Source: Nanohaloarchaea archaeon B1-Br10_U2g1 (GTDB lineage: Archaea > Nanohalarchaeota > Nanosalinia > Nanosalinales > Nanosalinaceae). Taken from it: a DNA stretch of 64,000 nucleotides. Each line of letters opens with the position of its first letter. Positions within the stretch are counted from its first letter, which is position 1. Shown here piece by piece: positions 21,105-30,236 of this stretch. The notes below the pieces were generated by a model that saw nothing but the letters and a program-made list of their open reading frames with translations, ran no database searches and was not told the DNA's origin. Location: NCBI GenBank assembly GCA_001563875.1, contig LKMN01000001.1, positions 32,001 through 96,000 of the forward strand. Direction: 5' to 3'. A program made the position numbers and the translations under genes.

Positions 21105-21676
21105 TATTTTTGCTCTCTTTCTCGTGCTTGTGCCAATGATCTCTTTATCTGTTCTTCAGCACCGCTTTCTACAGCATTTTCATGACCAGGATAGAAGCTC
21201 TCCACCTCTAGATTAGCTATTTCCTCTATAGATCTGATAAGGAGTTCTCTATCTCCTTCCTCTAGATCTGTCCTTCCGAAACTTCCTTTAGGAAAGATCA
21301 GGTCGCCCGTAAACAGGATTTTTGCTTCAGGGCTGTAAAGACAGATAGAGTCGTCTTTGTGGCCTGGTGTATGTATGACTTCGAACTCGAGGTCTGCGAT
21401 ATTTATATTTTCCTCGATTTTCTTGGCTTCTACGGGAAGATTCTCAGGTCTATAAGAATAGACTTCAGGACTGTACTTGTCCAGTATTTTTGGAAGATTG
21501 TCGACATGGTCGTAGTGTGAGTGTGTTACTACAACCTTGTCTATAGATTCCATCCTCTTTATCTGGTTCCAAACATCTCCTGTTCCCGCATCGACTAAAA
21601 CATTCTCTCCGTTTTGGATCATCCACACGTTACCAGTGAAGTCTTCAGCTCCCTCAGAAAGATTCTCTATATTCAT
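21101..21676 (-). CDS. MBL-fold metallo-hydrolase (glyoxalase II-like)
   Basis: THSHYDH, HTPGH, FTGD, PGH. Confidence 0.92.
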   Translation of the reverse strand: MNIENLSEGAEDFTGNVWMIQNGENVLVDAGTGDVWNQIKRMESIDKVVVTHSHYDHVDNLPKILDKYSPEVYSYRPENLPVEAKKIEENINIADLEFEVIHTPGHKDDSICLYSPEAKILFTGDLIFPKGSFGRTDLEEGDRELLIRSIEEIANLEVESFYPGHENAVESGAEEQIKRSLAQAREREQKY

Positions 21677-21712
21677 AATACTACGGTATTAAGTTTCAAG
21701 AGTAAAGTGTTT

Positions 21713-22954
21713 TTATCTTATCCTGTAACGCATGAGAGCGGCAATACCTCCCATATTCATGAGTCTCTGTCCTTCTTCATGGTCTGTTGAGATTATCTGG
21801 ATATCGCTAGACATTTCTTCAGCCTTCTCGGCCATGACGTCAATTATATCCTGCATCTCCTCTAGGTCCATATCTTCATTACACTCATCGCATTTGATGC
21901 TATCACTGATTTTTGGCTCCTTCTCATAAACCTGTTCTTCATGTCCGTTAGGACAGATATACTGTGCTTCATACATCTCTATATCTTCGGAAATCAGAAC
22001 GGTTTCGACCGCACCCATCTCCATAGCCTTCAAGACCTGTTTTAATCCGTATTCGGACTTTCCGTTCTCCTCTTTCAGGTTTTTCAGAAATTCGGTTACG
22101 TACTGTTTCTCTCTCACGGCTTCAGAGTCTTCTATTGCGTCTTCTGCTTTCTGAACGAGTTCGCTTAATGCTCCTTCTCCAGAGTGACCAAGTGATTCTG
22201 TAGTAATAATTCTGTCTTCTAGCTCTTGATGTAGGTATCCGTTGTCAACAAGCTTATCCTTAACAAATCCTGGGCCCCCAACAACTACACCAAGTAGTTT
22301 ATCTTCTCGGGCTTTATCTAGGAAAGCTTTCTTTGACTTGTCAGCAATCTCGTTGAGAAAAGTTTTCAACATCTGTTTACGTAGACGTGAGAAACGCTGA
22401 GCTGACTGTCCCCCTGCACGAGTTTTCCCCGGTACATTTGAATCCAGTGTATATGCCGTTTTAATACTAGAGCCTTGTAGATATCCTATTGCTGCCTCGC
22501 TTTTATCTGCGACGATTAAACCGTAGACACGGTCGTCCACAACCATGTTTTTCAGAGGTTCAAGTACGAACTCTTTGTCACACCTGTAACGTCGAGATTC
22601 AATGGGTTGAGGAGGTATTACCTGCCAGAGCTGGATGTCGGGCCGTCCTTCCTGTTCTGAAACGTTTCCTGAGAAAAATACTACTCCGTTCTCGGGTGTT
22701 ACAGGCTCTTCCTTCACTCTACGCCCAATCTTGTCTAAAGCAGCTTGAACGTTTTTCCGGGTATGTTTGGACTTAATGTTCTTGGCTTCTGAAGCCTCAG
22801 AAGTCACGAACTCGGATATTTTTGACATGTCGTAGCCCGCAGGAACGTAAAGACTGACCAACTCAGTATTCCTCCCTCTAATGTCATCAAGCTTCTTTAT
22901 CAGTCGTTTAAGCTGATATTTCGACATTTCTTGATGCTTTTCTTCTTGGCTCAT
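21713..22954 (-). CDS. prf1: Peptide chain release factor aRF1
   Basis: NIKS, YRCD, GGQSAQRF; ATG at 22954. Confidence 0.97.
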   Translation of the reverse strand: MSQEEKHQEMSKYQLKRLIKKLDDIRGRNTELVSLYVPAGYDMSKISEFVTSEASEAKNIKSKHTRKNVQAALDKIGRRVKEEPVTPENGVVFFSGNVSEQEGRPDIQLWQVIPPQPIESRRYRCDKEFVLEPLKNMVVDDRVYGLIVADKSEAAIGYLQGSSIKTAYTLDSNVPGKTRAGGQSAQRFSRLRKQMLKTFLNEIADKSKKAFLDKAREDKLLGVVVGGPGFVKDKLVDNGYLHQELEDRIITTESLGHSGEGALSELVQKAEDAIEDSEAVREKQYVTEFLKNLKEENGKSEYGLKQVLKAMEMGAVETVLISEDIEMYEAQYICPNGHEEQVYEKEPKISDSIKCDECNEDMDLEEMQDIIDVMAEKAEEMSSDIQIISTDHEEGQRLMNMGGIAALMRYRIR

Positions 22955-23061
22955 AAGGTATATTTGAATCAGGAATTCTTTTATTAACAAAGAAGATGTT
23001 TGGATCGCTTTTGAGGATTTGAGTTAAGGTGTATTTCTTCAGGAAACAAAGTTATTTATAG

Positions 23062-23086
23062 TGTCGCTACTATAAAGTAACATATG
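23062..23086 (+). promoter_or_regulatory. Palindromic motif between TATA and leaderless ATG, copy 1
   Basis: TGTCGCTACTATAAAGTAACATATG, 23/25 identical to 29620-29644. Confidence 0.6.
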
Positions 23087-23842
23087 AAAGATATTTGTCG
23101 TTATCTGGGTGATAAGGAAGCTGATCTCTCATCTCCGGCATTAGAGGAAGTTAAGGAGGGATCTTATAGACAACAGTCTAAACAGTTCTATGATTACGTT
23201 GATTCCAATAATATTTATATAACGGATGAGTCTTTTTACCAAGAAAAAGATATACTTGAAGTTGTTCTTGTAGCTGCTGAAGAGAAAAAGGGGGCCATGA
23301 TGCGTGCCACCCTGCCTGATAGAGAACCTTTAAACCAGCAAATTGAATCTATCAATTCGGTTGGTGGTGACTGTTATGTCATCCCGAATACCGTGATGGT
23401 TGAAGGAGAAGAATGGGACAACTCAATAGTATACCTTACTAAGGACTATGATTACAGAAGTTTCTCAGATAAAGAGCTTCCTTTTGACAATGGAGCGCAC
23501 AAAGACCATAGAGGTTTGGGGGAGTTTTTCGGATATCCTGAGGAAGAAATTGAGGCCTACGCTGAACATGGTATGTGGCCCCACGGTTTTACTCAGGAAG
23601 ATAACTCTTTCGTACCTTTAGACTATGTTTCTGGTACAGAGCATGTTTTCCCGCCGTATTCTGCCGCTAAACAATATGGGGAGGATGAGGAAACTGTAAA
23701 GAAGGTTGAAAAGTTGACAAGCTATTCAGTAAGAGATAGTCCTGACTCTGTTGAAAAATTAGTTGATACAGCCGAGGATAGATACCGCAAACTTCAAAAT
23801 TTAGAAGAAGAATACGGTGTTGAGCTCACCAGCATGATTTAA
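23084..23842 (+). CDS. Hypothetical protein (LGxxxGYP motif, DUF483-like)
   Basis: HRGLGEFFGYPEEEIEAY. Confidence 0.7.
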   Translation: MKDICRYLGDKEADLSSPALEEVKEGSYRQQSKQFYDYVDSNNIYITDESFYQEKDILEVVLVAAEEKKGAMMRATLPDREPLNQQIESINSVGGDCYVIPNTVMVEGEEWDNSIVYLTKDYDYRSFSDKELPFDNGAHKDHRGLGEFFGYPEEEIEAYAEHGMWPHGFTQEDNSFVPLDYVSGTEHVFPPYSAAKQYGEDEETVKKVEKLTSYSVRDSPDSVEKLVDTAEDRYRKLQNLEEEYGVELTSMI

Positions 23843-23846
23843 ATTT

Positions 23847-24599
23847 CTAATTTTCTATCCAGCCTTCCAGTTTTTCAAGTGATAAGAGCTGGTAGTCCGG
23901 GTCTTCTGTAAATATCTCCATACACCACGTACTGTTGAAGTCGTTCATCCGGTCTATTAGAGGTTGGAACTCGATCTCTGAGCTTCCTAAAGGTAGATGC
24001 ATGTCTCGTCCCTCACGCGTATCTGTAAGATGTAGGTGTGAGATTAAATGTGAGTATTCTTCTAGAAACTCTTCGGTTTCTTCCTGTCCTACTTCTGAGA
24101 AGGCATGTCCCGTGTCAAGACACATTGAGACTTCAAGTTCTTCCAGTAAAGGTCCTAGTTCAAACAGTTCAAGTCCTCTCCACTGTCCAAGATTTTCAAA
24201 ACAGACTTCTATACCGTGTTTCTCTCCTATCTCATCAAGTCTTTCTATCTGATCAGGAAGTCTTTCGATCTCATCTTCTGCGTCGTCGTAACGCATATCT
24301 GCGTGTGTAACAACTTTTTCTGCCCCTAGTTCCTTCGCGAATTTTATCATCCTTTCTTGGTACTCGAGTAAACCTTGGTTTATCTCAGGTACTGAAGTTG
24401 CTAAAGGCTGTTTAAAGGGAAGATGGATAGTTATTTCGAATTCTTTCTCTTCTAAAGCTTCTTTAACTTTTTCCGGTTGTATCTCCTCTACAGGTCTTTC
24501 ATGCTCTCCTATACCGAACTCAATGAAGTCGAACTCTTTAGGTGTGTTTTCTATGTGTTTTATGAGATCTCCTTCCGGCCCTAGACTTATTCCTTTCAT
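23847..24599 (-). CDS. Sugar phosphate isomerase/epimerase (AP endonuclease 2 TIM barrel)
   Basis: IHLP, THA, FENL, LDTGH, HLHLTD, HLPLG, MEI. Confidence 0.88.
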   Translation of the reverse strand: MKGISLGPEGDLIKHIENTPKEFDFIEFGIGEHERPVEEIQPEKVKEALEEKEFEITIHLPFKQPLATSVPEINQGLLEYQERMIKFAKELGAEKVVTHADMRYDDAEDEIERLPDQIERLDEIGEKHGIEVCFENLGQWRGLELFELGPLLEELEVSMCLDTGHAFSEVGQEETEEFLEEYSHLISHLHLTDTREGRDMHLPLGSSEIEFQPLIDRMNDFNSTWCMEIFTEDPDYQLLSLEKLEGWIEN

Positions 24600-27181
24600 T
24601 TGATGATCACTACTGTTTCCTCTGTTTCTACCATTTCTCCTTCACCTTTAAACACTCTCTCGCGTTCAACTTTGTACATCTCCGGCTTTAGGTGTTCGTC
24701 TGCGACTTCAAGTCTTCCATCTAGTAGATTCCACTCGTTGTTCTCAAGTGCTTCCTCAATCTCTCCTACCTTGTTACCGTACTCCGGCCCTGCCTTGGAG
24801 TAGTCCAGCTTTATCCTTGTTATCTTGTCCTCTGTTTCTGGCTCTCCTTCACAGACTTCAAGGTTTTCAACATGCATGACCTCTTCTACGGCTTCAGTGA
24901 ACTCTTCTATATCTCCGTACACCTCTACCTGTCCAAGTTTCTCTGTTGGAGCCATCTGGTTCTCTGATTTATAGCCTCTTAGTGCAGAGATAACTTCCAT
25001 AGCTCTCTCACCTTTCTCTAGGTCTGCGTCAACCTCTAAAGGTTCAGGCCATTCCGACCTGTGGATACTGACAGCCTCGTCGTACATATCGTACCATAAC
25101 TCTTCTGTTATATGTGATAGGAAAGGCGCAAACAGTTTTAGGAATACTTTGTGACATCTCTGAAGAGTGTACTCTGTTGAAGGATTTCCTTCCTCTTCAA
25201 GTCTCTGCTTCGCGATTTCCAGGTAGTTGTCGCAGAACGTGTTCCAGAACACGTATCTTAACCGGTCTCGGGCTTTTGCGAACTCGTAGTTCTCCATTTT
25301 CTCTGTTGTGAACTCTACTAGTTCGTCTAGTTCTCCGAGCATCCATCTGTCAAGTTCTTCAAGCTCGTCTTTCTCTACTGTCCCGGACTCTGGCACCAGC
25401 ATCTCTACAAGTTTTGATGCGTTCCAGAGCTTTCTCATCAGTTTCTCTCCAGCCCGTAGTTCTTTTTCCTTGAACGGGAAGTCGTCTCCGACGCTGGAAC
25501 CTGCTGCCCAGTAACGTGCTGCGTCAACAGGGAACTCCTCCAAAACTTCTGCAGGTGATACTACGTTTCCTTTTGATTTGCTCATCTTTTCACGGTTCTC
25601 GTCCAGTACGTGGCCGTGGTTCATAACCTGTCTGAATGGTACTTCTCCAGTATGTTCGTAACATTTGACAACGGTGTGGAACAGCCAGAACGTTATGATA
25701 TCATGACCTTCCGGTCTCAGGTCAAACGGGTATAGCTCCGGCCTTTCCATAGAGAAACCATCGTCATAGTCCCATTGAGCGTTTATTAAAGGTGTTAAGG
25801 AGCTTGTTGCCCATGTGTCGAACACGTCTTCTTCCGGTCTGAACTCGGTTGATCCGCATTCAGAACACTCTTCTACTGACGGCTCGTCCTCTATAGGGTC
25901 TACAGGTAACTTTTCTTTTTCTGCGATTACTTCTTTGTTACATTCTTCGCAGTACCATACAGGGAAAGGTATTCCGGAGTCTCTCTGCCGGGAGATACAC
26001 CAGTCCCACTGTAGTCCTTCAATCCAGTGTTTGTAGCGTGTAAACATTTTTTCCGGGTACCACTCCATCTGTTCTCCGGCTTTTAGGTACTCTTCTTTCT
26101 TATCCAGTAGTTTGATGTACCACTGCTCTTTAACCAAGAACTCTACAGGTGTATCACATCTTTCGTGTGCCTGTACAGTATGCTGGATCTGTCGGGAGTC
26201 AAGCAGTACTCCCTCTTGTTCTAAGTCTTCAATAATTTTCTCTCTGGCTTTTTCGGTGCTTAAGCCTTCGTAGTCTCCGGCTTCTTCTGTCATTGTTCCG
26301 GATTCGTCTATAGCAAGTTTCAGATCTAGGTCATGTGCTTGATACCATTCGATATCGTTTTGGTCTCCGAAGGTACAGCACATAACGATTCCGGAGCCTG
26401 TGTCCATGTCAACTCTTTCATCCTCGATTATCGGTACTTCCTGTCCAAACAGAGGTACTCTAGCTTTTTTACCGACTAGTTCCTGGTTTTCTTCGTCTTC
26501 TGGATGTACAAATACTGCTACACAAGCCGGTAGGAGCTCTGGCCGTGTTGTTGAGATAATGAAGCTGTCTCCGTCAACGACTTCGAATCTGATATCGTTA
26601 AAACGTCCTTGTTTATCTAAGTCTTCTGACTCAACCTGGCTTATAGCTGTCTCACATTCAGGACACCAGATTGCAGGTCCTTTTTCTCTGTATTCCCGGT
26701 CTTTCTCGTATAGGTCGATGAATGATAGCTGTGAAATTCTCTGTACTCGGGGCTCTATAGTCTTGTATGTGTTTTCCCAGTCATGGCTGATTCCTAGGCT
26801 TTGCATGTTTTCTGTGAACTGGTTTTCGTACTCCAGACATACTTTTCGGCATTTTTCCTGGAACTCTCTGCGTGTGTAGTCCTGATGTCTTATATCTAGC
26901 TCTGATTCGGTTAAACGTTCTGAGGCGATCCCGTTGTCGTCGTAGCCGAAAGGCTGGAACACTTTCTTTCCCCGCATTCTCTGGAATCGTGCCATAAAGT
27001 CTTGGAGCGTCTGCCCGTATAGATGACCCATATGGAGGCTTCCTGAAACTGTTGGTGGGGGCGTGTCTATAGAGAATACTTCGTCTCCTGTAAGGTTTTC
27101 GTATACATAAGTGTTGTTTTCAACCCAGCTCTGTTGCCATTTTTCTTCTACTTGTTCGGCTTTGTAATCTCCTTCCGGCAT
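24596..27181 (-). CDS. valS: Valine-tRNA ligase
   Basis: IDTPPPTVSG-LHMGH, WCISRQR, KMSKS. Confidence 0.97.
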   Translation of the reverse strand: MPEGDYKAEQVEEKWQQSWVENNTYVYENLTGDEVFSIDTPPPTVSGSLHMGHLYGQTLQDFMARFQRMRGKKVFQPFGYDDNGIASERLTESELDIRHQDYTRREFQEKCRKVCLEYENQFTENMQSLGISHDWENTYKTIEPRVQRISQLSFIDLYEKDREYREKGPAIWCPECETAISQVESEDLDKQGRFNDIRFEVVDGDSFIISTTRPELLPACVAVFVHPEDEENQELVGKKARVPLFGQEVPIIEDERVDMDTGSGIVMCCTFGDQNDIEWYQAHDLDLKLAIDESGTMTEEAGDYEGLSTEKAREKIIEDLEQEGVLLDSRQIQHTVQAHERCDTPVEFLVKEQWYIKLLDKKEEYLKAGEQMEWYPEKMFTRYKHWIEGLQWDWCISRQRDSGIPFPVWYCEECNKEVIAEKEKLPVDPIEDEPSVEECSECGSTEFRPEEDVFDTWATSSLTPLINAQWDYDDGFSMERPELYPFDLRPEGHDIITFWLFHTVVKCYEHTGEVPFRQVMNHGHVLDENREKMSKSKGNVVSPAEVLEEFPVDAARYWAAGSSVGDDFPFKEKELRAGEKLMRKLWNASKLVEMLVPESGTVEKDELEELDRWMLGELDELVEFTTEKMENYEFAKARDRLRYVFWNTFCDNYLEIAKQRLEEEGNPSTEYTLQRCHKVFLKLFAPFLSHITEELWYDMYDEAVSIHRSEWPEPLEVDADLEKGERAMEVISALRGYKSENQMAPTEKLGQVEVYGDIEEFTEAVEEVMHVENLEVCEGEPETEDKITRIKLDYSKAGPEYGNKVGEIEEALENNEWNLLDGRLEVADEHLKPEMYKVERERVFKGEGEMVETEETVVIIK

Positions 27182-27185
27182 AGTT

Positions 27186-27278
27186 TTAGTTCAGCTCCTG
27201 TTTTAAACCGGTCAAGGTATTCTTAAATGGGTTTTTCAAAGCTTGAAACCTGGTTCTGCTTGTTGTTTTTGTTTTCAT
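27186..27278 (-). CDS. Possible 30 aa upstream ORF of valS
   Basis: MKTKTTSRTRFQALKNPFKNTLTGLKQELN*, stop 4 nt before valS ATG. Confidence 0.25.
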   Translation of the reverse strand: MKTKTTSRTRFQALKNPFKNTLTGLKQELN

Positions 27279-27494
27279 AGAAAACCTTTGAGAGGTATAA
27301 ATTAGAGTTTTAGACTGAAGGCTGTGATAATCAGTTTCCGATTTTTGGGTGTACAAAGCGGCCACCCTTGATTGCCTTCAAAATCATGAATTGAAGTTGT
27401 TTGAGGATTGTTAAAAGTTCTTTGAAAAGACAAGATAAAGTTGTGATATATAAGTAACAAAACCTTTTTATGTATGGGCGCACCATTACTAAGT

Positions 27495-28772
27495 ATGACA
27501 GAAGAAAACCTTAACTTCGGCGAATACGAAACCAATATCGTACAACTAAGCGACACAGAGCTTGATGGAGTACCTTACGATGAAATCGCCGAGAATTATG
27601 GCGAAGGAGAAGCAGACGCTTTTGTCTACGCGGGAGACGCATCCAAGAAACAAGGTAATGACGTGATATCCCCCGAAGAGTATCTTGAGCAGTTCGAAGA
27701 GACATATGAAGATCTTTCCAAGATACAGGAAGAAACAGACACAGAAGTTCTTGTAGAACCAGGGAATCATGCTCCTATAGCGGGAGCTCACACCCCATGG
27801 AATGACGAGGAAGACATCGATACAAAATACGTCGAAGAAGTTGAAACTTTACTAGAAGACGAATATGAGGAGTTCGCTGACTACGATGGAAACTCATTTG
27901 AGTTCTTAGCAGAAGAATACAATTTAACTAATATTGAATATAATTCAGTGGAAGTCGGAGACCTAACCATTATTGGCGGAACACACCATGACGGAGAGAT
28001 GGAGAAAATAATTGAAAAAGAGTGGCTGGAAGAAACTCCGGGACTTGAAGAACTGGGATATGATACAGAGGAACTGGCTGAGGAAATTGAGGTAGATAAT
28101 AGCTATGATGGGATACTTTCAGACGTTCCTATTGTAGGAAACATACTAGACTACTTCTTGGGAGAGACCCGAAACCCTGAACCTGAAGAGATAACTTTAG
28201 AAGACGTCCCTGAAGATTATGGAATGACAGAAATTCACCAAAATTTAGAAGAAGCGCTTGAACTGAAGAATTATTTTGAAGAGTCCATAGAAAACGCAGA
28301 CACCGACATATACCTTACACACCACGGAGCACCAACATCAACAGCAGGAGAGTACGGCTCAGCAGTAGTAGACAACATAGTGGACAACTATTCTGATGAA
28401 ATAGCAATAGTTGGAGGAGGACATACAGGATCCGCAGGAATAGACGAATACCAAGAAACACCAGTGTTCAACACCAATTATGGAGCAGTAGCAGAAATAG
28501 GATATCAGAAAGGAGAGGTAGTATATAGCGATATCTACAACAAGTCAGAACAGGGCCAAGCCAGCATAGATGATCTAAGTGACGAAGAACTGATAAGACA
28601 AACGGTGCCATTAATGGCTCAAACAGGAGGTCCCGAAAAGTTCTATGAAAATATGGGCCAACTACCTGATGCAGCAAAAAATAGATTAGACGAACTTAGA
28701 CCTCAGATAGAGGAAGAGTGGGAAAATTTGCAGAACACTGTTCCGGAATCGATAGAGCCTCAAAGAGCCTAA
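27495..28772 (+). CDS. Acidic calcineurin-like metallophosphoesterase with insertion
   Basis: QLSD, YAGD, PGNH, LTHH, GGHT motifs in order. Confidence 0.7.
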   Translation: MTEENLNFGEYETNIVQLSDTELDGVPYDEIAENYGEGEADAFVYAGDASKKQGNDVISPEEYLEQFEETYEDLSKIQEETDTEVLVEPGNHAPIAGAHTPWNDEEDIDTKYVEEVETLLEDEYEEFADYDGNSFEFLAEEYNLTNIEYNSVEVGDLTIIGGTHHDGEMEKIIEKEWLEETPGLEELGYDTEELAEEIEVDNSYDGILSDVPIVGNILDYFLGETRNPEPEEITLEDVPEDYGMTEIHQNLEEALELKNYFEESIENADTDIYLTHHGAPTSTAGEYGSAVVDNIVDNYSDEIAIVGGGHTGSAGIDEYQETPVFNTNYGAVAEIGYQKGEVVYSDIYNKSEQGQASIDDLSDEELIRQTVPLMAQTGGPEKFYENMGQLPDAAKNRLDELRPQIEEEWENLQNTVPESIEPQRA

Positions 28773-28776
28773 TGAT

Positions 28777-28990
28777 CTAAAAATGTTCTAGGCTCTTGTT
28801 GCCAGGAAACTTCATACCGTCCTCGGCAAGTATTACTTTAAAGTCTTTTTCCTCTTTAAGTCGTTCTCCTTGTTTTTCCATATCGGAGTTGAGAAAACTA
28901 TGGTTGAAGTGTGTGAGTATTAATGTCTTCGGACTATTCTTCCTCCTACTGTTCCAGGATGTATAGCTTCATCTATAGTTAACCGTCTTA
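28777..28990 (-). pseudogene. Decayed C-terminal fragment of an MBL-fold hydrolase
   Basis: RLTIDEAI in one frame, then PKTLILTHFNH...VILAEDGMKF in another; N-terminus absent. Confidence 0.55.
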
Positions 28991-29063
28991 GATATCTTTA
29001 GTTTTTGAAGAAGATTTTTCCGGTCTAGTAATAAATCTCTTTGGATGTATTACCTATTTTGTT

Positions 29064-29573
29064 ATGAGTTTAAAGTATTTTGAAGAGGCTAAAAGGTTGG
29101 AAGACTTAAACGAGGACAGGTTTGATCTAGGTTTTGAATCCTTATTATCTGAGGAAAATGATGAAGGAATAGTTTATACCACCTCCTCCGGAGGCCGCAG
29201 TATGAAGGTAGTTTCTAGAGGAGAACAACTAGATTATGAAGAAACCTTTATGCTTGAGGATAGAATCGTGGGGTTAGAATCGGACGAAAGACTTAGACAA
29301 AGAACTATCTGGGATTCAGAAGGTTTTTTGTATGGTCATACAGCTAAGATTGTCAGAGATTCTTACGAAGATGTTAATGAAGCTCGTTTATTGGAACAGG
29401 GAGAGTATGGCGAGGATTTAGGTGTTGAGATTACTGATAGAGATGATGTTAAAGATTTGAAGACTAGGGAGGAATTCAACGAGTGCTGGAGATGGCTTGC
29501 TTATCCTGAGCCGGACACAGACATAAGTTTGAGAGATGTGTATACTGAAACAGCGGACTTTTACAGAGACTGA
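29064..29573 (+). CDS. Hypothetical protein
   Basis: 169 aa acidic ORF. Confidence 0.7.
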   Translation: MSLKYFEEAKRLEDLNEDRFDLGFESLLSEENDEGIVYTTSSGGRSMKVVSRGEQLDYEETFMLEDRIVGLESDERLRQRTIWDSEGFLYGHTAKIVRDSYEDVNEARLLEQGEYGEDLGVEITDRDDVKDLKTREEFNECWRWLAYPEPDTDISLRDVYTETADFYRD

Positions 29574-29619
29574 ATAGCGTCCATATCTTTGTCACTATAT
29601 AACCGCAACATTTATATGT

Positions 29620-29644
29620 TGTCGTTACTATATAGTAACATATG
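29620..29644 (+). promoter_or_regulatory. Palindromic motif between TATA and leaderless ATG, copy 2
   Basis: TGTCGTTACTATATAGTAACATATG with perfect palindrome GTTACTATATAGTAAC. Confidence 0.6.
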
Positions 29645-29764
29645 AGAGTGGTTCAAAAGATGTATGGTGATGTCGCGGACGAAAGCCTTAATGACCTGAG
29701 ACAACAGGTCGGGAATGGTAATATTGAACTCAAAAAAATGAGAATATACACAAAAAAGCCGTGA
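29642..29764 (+). CDS. Small 40 aa protein
   Basis: MRVVQKMYGDVADESLNDLRQQVGNGNIELKKMRIYTKKP*, ATG at leaderless distance from TATA. Confidence 0.45.
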   Translation: MRVVQKMYGDVADESLNDLRQQVGNGNIELKKMRIYTKKP

Positions 29765-29771
29765 TAAATAG

Positions 29772-30236
29772 ATGAAAAAAGCACTAGTTGTTGTTCACCC
29801 GCATGAAGAGTATGATCACGGGGTAGTGGGCGAACAGTTCGAGGAGTATGTACAATCATTTGAAGGAGACACCTATGTAGTTCCATCAGTAAAGTCGGAC
29901 AGGTGTGAAAGACCTTATGGTGACGCAGAGATCTATGATGAAGTGCTTGAAGAAGACTTTTATGGAAGCCTTAAAGAGGAAGATAATGAGTTTTTGGAGA
30001 CAAATTATGACGAAGTTATATTAGCAGGTGGATACGCTAGAGAATGTCTCCGCAACACTCACCAAGGAATATCCGGCAGAGATGTTCAAGTTAATATTGA
30101 ACCTGAGATAACCTATGACCAAACTTTCCGTAACACCGAAGGATTTACATTATCAGAGGTCATAGCTACAGGAGATAAAGAGATAATAGGAAAATTCTTG
30201 GAGCCCTTCAATAATGGAGAAACAGGACTAGTGTGA
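29772..30236 (+). CDS. Isochorismatase/cysteine hydrolase-like protein
   Basis: KALVVVH start, VILAGGYARECL. Confidence 0.55.
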   Translation: MKKALVVVHPHEEYDHGVVGEQFEEYVQSFEGDTYVVPSVKSDRCERPYGDAEIYDEVLEEDFYGSLKEEDNEFLETNYDEVILAGGYARECLRNTHQGISGRDVQVNIEPEITYDQTFRNTEGFTLSEVIATGDKEIIGKFLEPFNNGETGLV

